Shown here: one piece after another, positions 8,607 to 14,985 of the stretch
Position numbering within the stretch: the stretch's first letter is position 1
How the letters are laid out: every line of letters begins with the position of its first letter
Origin: Candidatus Dadabacteria bacterium
GTDB lineage: Bacteria > Desulfobacterota_D > UBA1144 > Nemesobacterales > CSP1-2
DNA length: 14,985 nt
NCBI GenBank assembly: GCA_040289575.1
Contig: PSLL01000001.1
Location: 166,477-181,461, forward strand
Direction of reading: 5' to 3'
Program-made: the position numbers and the translations under genes
Notes under the pieces: generated by a model
What the model was told of the DNA's origin: nothing
What the model saw: only the letters and a program-made list of their open reading frames with translations
Databases searched by the model: none

Positions 8607-10439
8607 ATGTTTAGGTTATCTCTTTATTTACATACATTGAGATTTACAAGAAAAAGCCAGATTCTATACTACATACGCTTTTTATTCCTATATAGGCTTT
8701 ATAGAGTATTTGGAGGCTATATAGAGTGGCTACTTAAAGGTCTTGTTCCGCCTGATATACGAGTTAGGAGTAATCTATTTCTCTCTCTAAAAAAAACCTT
8801 GCTTTTAGAGAGTGAAAACTCGGAAGAGATTTGCAAGTCTGCGGAAAATATAAGTAGAAGACAGTTTCTATTTTTGAATATTGAGAGAAATTACGGACAG
8901 GAGGTAGCTTGGGATGACAAAGAAATGAGTAAGCTCTGGAGATATAAACTCCATTATTTTGATTATGGGATGTATTTTGCTCAAGCCTATTTTTATACAG
9001 GTTATGAAAAATATTATTTAAGTTTTAAAGATATCATTGAGGAATGGATAAAGGCTAATCCTTTCGGACAAGGAGATGGTTGGGAACCTTACCCTTTATC
9101 ATTGAGGGTGGTGAACTGGATAAAAAACTATATATTCTTCAAAGACTTAATAAAAGCGGATTCAGAATTTCAGAGTCTATTTCTGAAAGAACTCTATCTA
9201 CAAACCCTCTTTCTTGAAAAGAATCTTGAGTTTCACCTCTATGGAAACCACCTTATAAAAAATATAAAAGCCTTAATATTTTCAGGAATATTCTTTGAAA
9301 ATAAGTATGCTGATAGGTGGAGAAAGAGGGGTATAAGAATGCTTCAAGAAGAGCTCAAAGAACAGATTCTTTCAGATGGGGGGCATTTTGAGAGAAGCCC
9401 CATGTATCATAAGATAGTTCTTCAAGACCTTCTGGAGATTTATGCATTCCTGAATGATTATGATGGAGATCAAGATCTCAGTTGGTTAGGGGAAAGAATC
9501 CATTCTATGTATCTCTTCTTGGAAGGGATTCTACATCTGGATGGAGAAATACCTCTTTTTAATGATTCTACTTTAGATGAGGCACTAAAAGCTGGGGTTT
9601 TGTCTCGTATTTATAATGCCCTCTTTCACCAAACGGTGACCATAAGGGAAGATGGATTAAATATTAAGGGATTTAAGGAAAGCGGTTATTTCGTTATTCA
9701 GGATAACAAAGGCTCTAAAGCTATCATAGACTGTGGACGAATTGGCCCGGACTATATCCCAGGGCATGCGCATTGTGATACATTGAGTTATGAGTTATCT
9801 CTTAATGGAAAGAGGTTCATTGTTGATACGGGGGTTTACGAATATACGATTGGAGAAAAAAGACATTACTGTAGAAGCACACGGGCTCATAATACCGTAG
9901 TGGTTGACGCACAAGACCAATCCAAGATTTGGGCGAGTTTTCGAGTAGCCCAAAGGGCATATCCAATATATGGAAAAGTAGAAAAGATAGACGGCTTTTG
10001 TTACTTTGAAGGGGCCCATGATGGCTATAGGAGGATTGGTGTTACTCATCGGAGAAAGACTTGGTTCGAACAGTCTAGAAGCTGGATAGTATTGGATGAA
10101 CTTGAAGGAAAGGGTATACACAATCTAGAGAGCTTTATCCATTTTCATCCGTCGGTTAAGGCAAGATTAGAGGGAAAAGAGGTAAATATCGGATTCGAAT
10201 CTGAGGAATTTAGATTGGTACCAATTGGAGAATCCAGGATTGATGTAATAAAAACCCCTTATTTCCCGGAGTTTGGCAGACACAAAGAGAGATTTTCCAT
10301 CAGGCTTTTAGCTGAAAGGGCTAATCTTCCTTATAGATTCGGATACGCTATATTCCCGGATATTAAAGGAAAGGTCTATTTAGAGAGAGCAAAGATAATA
10401 GTCGAAGTCGATAGTGATAAAAGGGTCGTTTTGCAATGA
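8607..10439 (+). CDS. Heparinase II/III-family protein
   Basis: 610 aa. WEPYPLSLRVVNW, LEFHLYGNHLIKN, EQILSDGGHFERSPMYH, GHAHCDTLSYELSL, DTGVYEY and RSTRAHNTV are characteristic of heparinase II/III-like proteins in polysaccharide clusters. Confidence 0.9.
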   Translation: MFRLSLYLHTLRFTRKSQILYYIRFLFLYRLYRVFGGYIEWLLKGLVPPDIRVRSNLFLSLKKTLLLESENSEEICKSAENISRRQFLFLNIERNYGQEVAWDDKEMSKLWRYKLHYFDYGMYFAQAYFYTGYEKYYLSFKDIIEEWIKANPFGQGDGWEPYPLSLRVVNWIKNYIFFKDLIKADSEFQSLFLKELYLQTLFLEKNLEFHLYGNHLIKNIKALIFSGIFFENKYADRWRKRGIRMLQEELKEQILSDGGHFERSPMYHKIVLQDLLEIYAFLNDYDGDQDLSWLGERIHSMYLFLEGILHLDGEIPLFNDSTLDEALKAGVLSRIYNALFHQTVTIREDGLNIKGFKESGYFVIQDNKGSKAIIDCGRIGPDYIPGHAHCDTLSYELSLNGKRFIVDTGVYEYTIGEKRHYCRSTRAHNTVVVDAQDQSKIWASFRVAQRAYPIYGKVEKIDGFCYFEGAHDGYRRIGVTHRRKTWFEQSRSWIVLDELEGKGIHNLESFIHFHPSVKARLEGKEVNIGFESEEFRLVPIGESRIDVIKTPYFPEFGRHKERFSIRLLAERANLPYRFGYAIFPDIKGKVYLERAKIIVEVDSDKRVVLQ

Positions 10440-11680
10440 AGGTACTTTACGTATCCCAATACTTCCCACCTGAGATGGGGGCCCCTTCTGCGAGAGTCCA
10501 TGAGCTTTCAAAGTACTGGGTAAGACTTGGACACGAAGTAACGGTTCTTACGGGTTTTCCAAACCATCCTACTGGAGAAGTCCCAACAGAGTACAAAAAA
10601 AAGATGAAAAAATTAGTGATTTCTGAGGAAGTCGATGGGATAAAAGTTATAAGAACATGGCTTTATCCGATTCCCAATAGAAAAGCTTATGAAAGAATTC
10701 TAAATTATGGTTCCTTTTTTATCTCGGCTGCTATAGCGGGTTCTTTTATAAAAAAGCCTGATGTAATTATAGCCACTTCTCCCCCACTTCTTGTTGGACT
10801 GTCTGGCTATTGGGTAAGCCTTATAAAAGGAGTTCCCTTTGTTTTTGAAGTAAGGGATCTCTGGCCAGAAAGTGTAGCAGCAACAGAGATGTTAAAAAGG
10901 GATTCTATATCAATCCGATTACTGGACAATATAGCTTCATTCCTTTATAGAAAGTGTAATAAGATAGCAGTTGTTACCGAAGCGATTAGAGATAATCTGA
11001 TTCGCAATAGAGGTATCCAATCTCATAAAATTATGGTTGTTGAAAATGGTGTTGAAACGAATTTATTCAGCCCCTATTTCCATAGAAATGTAATAAAAGG
11101 GCAACTTGGTCTAGAGAGAAAGTTTATTGTCTCTTACATAGGTACAATTGGTGTTTCTCATGCCCTAGAGGTTGTTCTTGAGGTTGCCAAGGTATTAAAG
11201 AATAAAATAGAGAATCTCATTTTTCTCATTGTTGGAGAGGGTGCCGAAAAAGAGAGATTAATTAGAATAAAAGAAGAACAAAAACTAAGTAATGTTGTAT
11301 TTTTTGATAAACAGCCCAAAGAGAGAGTGCCACTTTTCATAAATGCCTCGGATGTTTGCCTCGTGTTGCTTAAGAAAACGGAGATTTTTAAAACAGTTCT
11401 CCCATCCAAAATGCTCGAATTTATGTCCTGTGGCAGGCCTATTATACTCGGAGTTGATGGGCAAGCAAAAAAGATTCTAGAAGAGGCAAATTGTGGGATA
11501 TACGTTGAGCCCGAGAACATTGAGGCTTTATCTAGGTTAATTTGTAGGTTTTATGAGAATTCTCTTTTGAGAAAGGAGCTAGGAGATAATGGAAGAGATT
11601 ACATACTCAAACGGTTTTCTAGGGAGAAAAAGGCCTCCGAATATCTCAATCTACTGGAGGATTTAGTACAAAATGGATAA
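10436..11680 (+). CDS. Glycosyltransferase family 4, WbuB-like
   Basis: 414 aa, ATGA overlap with the upstream gene. SQYFPPEMGAPSAR, VLTGFPNHPTG, IIATSPPL, EVRDLWPES and PSKMLEFMSCGRPII match the WbuB-like GT4 subgroup. Confidence 0.9.
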   Translation: MKVLYVSQYFPPEMGAPSARVHELSKYWVRLGHEVTVLTGFPNHPTGEVPTEYKKKMKKLVISEEVDGIKVIRTWLYPIPNRKAYERILNYGSFFISAAIAGSFIKKPDVIIATSPPLLVGLSGYWVSLIKGVPFVFEVRDLWPESVAATEMLKRDSISIRLLDNIASFLYRKCNKIAVVTEAIRDNLIRNRGIQSHKIMVVENGVETNLFSPYFHRNVIKGQLGLERKFIVSYIGTIGVSHALEVVLEVAKVLKNKIENLIFLIVGEGAEKERLIRIKEEQKLSNVVFFDKQPKERVPLFINASDVCLVLLKKTEIFKTVLPSKMLEFMSCGRPIILGVDGQAKKILEEANCGIYVEPENIEALSRLICRFYENSLLRKELGDNGRDYILKRFSREKKASEYLNLLEDLVQNG

Positions 11681-13703
11681 ATTGAAAGTCCTAACAGTTG
11701 TTGGTGCTCGCCCTAACTTTATGAAGGCGGCTCCAATAGTTAGTGAGATGAAAAAGCGCTCGAATTTAGAACCATTACTCCTTCATACAGGGCAGCACTA
11801 TGATGATGAAATGTCTAAAGTATTCTTTTCCGATCTTAAGCTCCCTAAACCAGATGCTTATCTTGGTGTAGGTGGAGGGAGTCATGCAGAGCAGATTGCA
11901 AAAACTATGATAGGGGTTGAAAGTTTTCTCAAACAGGTGCAACCCCACTTAGTGGTATTGGTGGGGGATGTCAACTCAACTCTGGCATGTGCTATAGTGG
12001 CTTCTAAAATGCATATCCCTATAGCCCATGTGGAAGCAGGGTTGCGAAGCTTTGATAGAACTATGCCCGAAGAGATAAATCGAATCGCAACAGATGCGCT
12101 TTCGGATCTGCTTTTTATAACAGAAAAAAGTGCCTATAAGAACTTAAAAAGGGAAGGAATACCAAATGAAAAGATATTCTTCGTAGGTAACGTCATGATA
12201 GATACCCTCTATGCCTTTGTCGAAGAGGCAAGAAAAAGGCCTACATTAGATGAGCTAGGCTTAACGAGGAAAGAATACGCAGTTCTTACCCTCCATCGCC
12301 CAAGCAATGTAGATATAAAAGAGAATTTATATCAAATAATAAATGCTATAGAAGAGATCCAAAAAAGGATTAAGATCGTCTTTCCTGTTCACCCTAGGAC
12401 ATTATTTAGACTCAAGGAATTTGGATTGGAGGAAAGGGGAAAGAGGCTGGGAAATCTACTACTAACTGAACCTTTGGGTTACCTGGATTTTATTAACTTA
12501 ATATCTAATTCTAAATTGATTCTTACAGACTCCGGCGGTGTTCAGGAGGAGGCTACAGTTTTGCAAATACCATGTCTCACTTTAAGAGAAAATACTGAGA
12601 GACCGATTACGACAACAAAGGGTACTAATATAATAGTGGGAACAGACCATGAAAAAATTATTACCGAGGGTATAAGAGCCTTAAATGGAAAGGTCAAAAA
12701 TGGCAGAGTACCTAAACTATGGGATGGTGAGGCATCGAAGAGAATAGTTGAGGTATTAGAAAGATGGAGCGCCATGAATAAATATATAAGAATAAAACCA
12801 TTAAGCATGAGGGTTCCGGTGTCAAAAGAGCCATCATACAAACGCATATTTGACATTCTTTTATCAACTCTGGGGCTTATCGTCTCACTGCCGGTCTGGG
12901 TGATTTGCACTATTGCTATTTGGTTGGAGGATAGGGGACCGATCTTTTTCAAAGATACTAGGGTCGGAAAGGGTGGAAGGCTATTTACTGCCTTTAAGTT
13001 CCGATCTATGCGTCCGGACGCCGAAAAAGAGATTATGTCTCTTCAGGCAAAAGAGGATGATCCGCGTATAACGAAGGTAGGTAGAGTCCTGCGTGCAACG
13101 GCTTTAGATGAACTTCCTCAGTTGCTGAATATAATAAAAGGGGATATGAGTTTTGTCGGACCGAGGGCTTTAAAGCCTATAGAAATCGAATTGGACTCTA
13201 AATACGAATACGGAAGAATAGAAGAAGTTCCTAATTATTCACTTCGTACATCCATCCGTCCCGGACTAACAGGAATTGCCCAGATCTATGCCCCTAGAGA
13301 TATAAATAGAAGAAACAAGTTTCGCTATGACGCTATATATGTCAAGAACATGGGCTTCTTGCTGGATATAAAACTGATTCTTCTGTCATTTTGGATTACA
13401 TTTGCAGGAAGGTGGGAAATTAGAGGAGATAAGCTCAGTCCTGTATTGGCAAAGAAACAGACCAAAAAAATAAATTTAGAGAAAGAGAAACCCATAGTGG
13501 AGAAGAAGCTCATTGGCCAAATCCTTTTAGAGGCACGTATTATAAACGAGGAGCAATTAAAGGAAGCTCTGGAATATCAGAAAATAAGTGGGGGCAAAAT
13601 TGGGGAAAATTTGATCAAGAAGAGTTACATTTCTGAGTCGGTACTAAAACGCTTTTTAGAGAAGCAATTGGTAATAAACGGAGGACAGTATCAATCTCTG
13701 TAG
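11673..13703 (+). CDS. wecB: Fusion protein: non-hydrolysing UDP-N-acetylhexosamine 2-epimerase (WecB/WbpI family) + monotopic phosphoglycosyl transferase (Bac_transf) + MshEN-like domain
   Basis: 676 aa, single uninterrupted ORF. aa 1-365 epimerase (VGARPNFMK, HTGQHYD, GDVNST, HVEAGLRS, MPEEINR, TDSGGVQEE, RENTERP, WDGEASKRI). aa ~390-580 PGT (KRIFD, KFRSM, DDPRIT, LDELPQL, GDMSFVGPR, RPGLTG). aa 613-665 tandem 24-5-24 MshEN-type motif. The symbol refers to the N-terminal domain only. Confidence 0.9.
   Translation: MDKLKVLTVVGARPNFMKAAPIVSEMKKRSNLEPLLLHTGQHYDDEMSKVFFSDLKLPKPDAYLGVGGGSHAEQIAKTMIGVESFLKQVQPHLVVLVGDVNSTLACAIVASKMHIPIAHVEAGLRSFDRTMPEEINRIATDALSDLLFITEKSAYKNLKREGIPNEKIFFVGNVMIDTLYAFVEEARKRPTLDELGLTRKEYAVLTLHRPSNVDIKENLYQIINAIEEIQKRIKIVFPVHPRTLFRLKEFGLEERGKRLGNLLLTEPLGYLDFINLISNSKLILTDSGGVQEEATVLQIPCLTLRENTERPITTTKGTNIIVGTDHEKIITEGIRALNGKVKNGRVPKLWDGEASKRIVEVLERWSAMNKYIRIKPLSMRVPVSKEPSYKRIFDILLSTLGLIVSLPVWVICTIAIWLEDRGPIFFKDTRVGKGGRLFTAFKFRSMRPDAEKEIMSLQAKEDDPRITKVGRVLRATALDELPQLLNIIKGDMSFVGPRALKPIEIELDSKYEYGRIEEVPNYSLRTSIRPGLTGIAQIYAPRDINRRNKFRYDAIYVKNMGFLLDIKLILLSFWITFAGRWEIRGDKLSPVLAKKQTKKINLEKEKPIVEKKLIGQILLEARIINEEQLKEALEYQKISGGKIGENLIKKSYISESVLKRFLEKQLVINGGQYQSL
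13509..13667 (+). other. MshEN-like tandem c-di-GMP-binding motif coding region
   Basis: LIGQILLEARIINEEQLKEALEYQ-KISGG-KIGENLIKKSYISESVLKRFLEKQ: two 24-aa copies of RLGxxLLxxGLIxxxxLxxxLxxQ separated by exactly 5 aa. Confidence 0.82.
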
Positions 13704-13778
13704 GGGCTTCGGTTGTTTAGAGGTTTTTTAAAGCTTGTGCTCGAAAGATAAGAGGTAATTTAACAACATGTATATAAT

Positions 13779-13810
13779 ACCAACATAGAGGTAGCTACCT
13801 CTATGTTGGT
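13779..13810. terminator. 32-bp perfect palindrome; probable bidirectional terminator or 3'-end hairpin between convergent genes
   Basis: ACCAACATAGAGGTAGCTACCTCTATGTTGGT equals its own reverse complement. It lies between stops at 13703 (+) and 13845 (-). Flanks are AT-rich but lack a clean poly-U tract. Confidence 0.6.
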
Positions 13811-13844
13811 TCAATTATTAATTACCTCCAGTTTGCCTGCTGTC

Positions 13845-14984
13845 TTAGGGGAATTCATAAGCCCCTATATCGCAAATCCCCTCTTGTGGTCTGGGCTGAT
13901 TGTCAAGGTCAAAAGTAGAGCACTGGTTATTATTTCCCCTATTTCTGGCAGGAGATCCGCTCTGGATGTGGTAATCACCGCCGTATAGGTTTACAAAAAG
14001 TGGATTGGCGAGTATTCCATTGGTGTCCCAGCCGGTCAAAGACTTATACTGGGCATTAAAATCGCTCTGATAATTCCCATTATAGATCCACGGGGTTTTG
14101 CTGGAAACGTACCATAGATTATTGTTAAGTATACTGGCGGCAGCTGATGTGCCATCTCGAACAATTATAGTATAGACAGGGATTGTGCGGTTATACCAAG
14201 GTACATTATATGAAGATTGCGCGGCATAGAAGATGTTGTTATACACCTGGTTCTGAGGATTAGTAGCTGTTGCATATTGAATTTGCAGTAGTGAGGCATA
14301 TTCACCATATGGGCTTGGAGCCGTGGGTGTAGGGATGCCAGTAAGTACTACGGTGTTATTTCTATATCTGTTACCGAGATAGGCCTTGGAGATTTCCCAA
14401 CCCCCGTACTGGTTATTAACGAGTAGGTTATTCTCAATTAGCGTATTGCTCTCAACCTGTGTGCAACTATTCCCACCCCAGATATGCATGCCAAATCCGT
14501 GATGGTCGTGAATATAGTTACGCCTTACTGTTACACTCTTCATTGTACAGCTTGAATCGCTTGTGTCGCCTCCCAGGTACATTCCATGACAGAACTTGTG
14601 ATAGACAGGACACCCCTTTGGTATAAGGCCGTTGCTATCTATTTCGTTGTCCACTATGTAAATGTCACTGCCGTATGCAAAACTGATACCATCGGCTAGG
14701 TTATGGTGTATATGGTTATTCCTTATAGTAATATTATTGCTGTATAGACCCCTTATACCCCACCAGCCGCATCCCCTTATCTCAAATCCATCAATTATCC
14801 ACCAATTGCTATAGAAAAGTGCGATACCATTTTGATTTATGGCAGGGGTAGGGTTTGCGCTCTGCCAACCACCGTTGGTGCAATCTATAATTGGGGTGTG
14901 ACCCGGATAGGCTATTAGTGTAATCGGACTTTGCTGAGTTCCACTCTTCCAGCCGAGGTTTGCAACTGGATTGTTTGAGAGGTT
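13845..14984 (-). CDS. Right-handed parallel beta-helix (pectin-lyase-like) protein with C-terminal choice-of-anchor-Q-like tail, 5'-truncated
   Basis: The frame has no stop from 14654 to the window edge, adding 110 codons (..WKSGTQQSPITLIAYPGHTPIID..WWIIDGFEIRG..NNITIRNNHIHHN..). Asn-ladder repeats include VRRNYIHD, IENNLLVNN, YRNNTVV and VYNNIFY. The C-terminus reads ANPLFVN..DYHIQSGSPARNRG..DLDNQPRPQ..CDIGAYEF. At least 379 aa. Confidence 0.85.
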   Translation of the reverse strand, partial: NLSNNPVANLGWKSGTQQSPITLIAYPGHTPIIDCTNGGWQSANPTPAINQNGIALFYSNWWIIDGFEIRGCGWWGIRGLYSNNITIRNNHIHHNLADGISFAYGSDIYIVDNEIDSNGLIPKGCPVYHKFCHGMYLGGDTSDSSCTMKSVTVRRNYIHDHHGFGMHIWGGNSCTQVESNTLIENNLLVNNQYGGWEISKAYLGNRYRNNTVVLTGIPTPTAPSPYGEYASLLQIQYATATNPQNQVYNNIFYAAQSSYNVPWYNRTIPVYTIIVRDGTSAAASILNNNLWYVSSKTPWIYNGNYQSDFNAQYKSLTGWDTNGILANPLFVNLYGGDYHIQSGSPARNRGNNNQCSTFDLDNQPRPQEGICDIGAYEFP

Positions 14985-14985
14985 A

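Noticed and set aside
2948..10602. A8 runs at 2948-2955, 8789-8796 and 10595-10602 as phase-variation sites
   Set aside because: All are in frame, encode Lys-Lys and are expected in AT-rich sequence.
348..13513. Short minus-strand ORFs (348-614, 1163-1408, 2657-2968, 3910-4110, 4525-4785, 4766-5161, 5170-5355, 5842-6057, 6849-7058, 8001-8258, 9795-10121, 11158-11520, 12542-12952, 13325-13513) and the + ORF 7565-7756
   Set aside because: All overlap well-supported genes and have no recognisable motifs; treated as shadow ORFs.
13773..13778. TATAAT -10 box next to the palindrome
   Set aside because: No -35 element at suitable spacing and no credible downstream + strand gene.
13758..13815. attC-like integron site on the minus strand (ATTGAAC ... 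GTTAAAT, 58 bp)
   Set aside because: The R'' box is imperfect, there are no complementary L''/L' boxes with extrahelical bases at the expected spacing, the palindrome is off-centre, and no integrase or second site is present.
13719..13828. CRISPR-like spacing of AGAGGT motifs (32 and 36 bp apart)
   Set aside because: The shared motif is only 6-7 nt; there are no repeats of CRISPR length and no cas genes.
13803..13988. 61-aa + strand ORF
   Set aside because: Starts inside the palindrome, mostly antisense to the beta-helix gene, with no recognisable features.

Overview
Bacterial surface-polysaccharide (EPS/capsule/O-antigen-type) biosynthesis cluster, entered mid-operon on the + strand. In order: a 5'-truncated SAM methyltransferase, two GT4 glycosyltransferases, a bi-domain (MDR + Gfo/Idh/MocA) oxidoreductase split by a -1 frameshift, an asparagine-synthase-type amidotransferase and a GT-C-like membrane protein (asnB at least looks compositionally foreign), a heparinase II/III-like protein, a WbuB-like GT4, and a terminal 676-aa three-domain fusion. 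The fusion joins a non-hydrolysing UDP-HexNAc 2-epimerase, a monotopic phosphoglycosyl transferase (initiating sugar transferase) and a C-terminal MshEN-type tandem motif, a known c-di-GMP receptor fold. It is the best candidate for an undescribed system: second-messenger control of the first committed step of lipid-linked glycan synthesis, coupled to donor-sugar supply. A 32-bp perfect palindrome nested in an outer inverted repeat separates the operon from a convergent, 5'-truncated right-handed beta-helix protein gene. All assignments come from motif recognition by eye; no searches were run.
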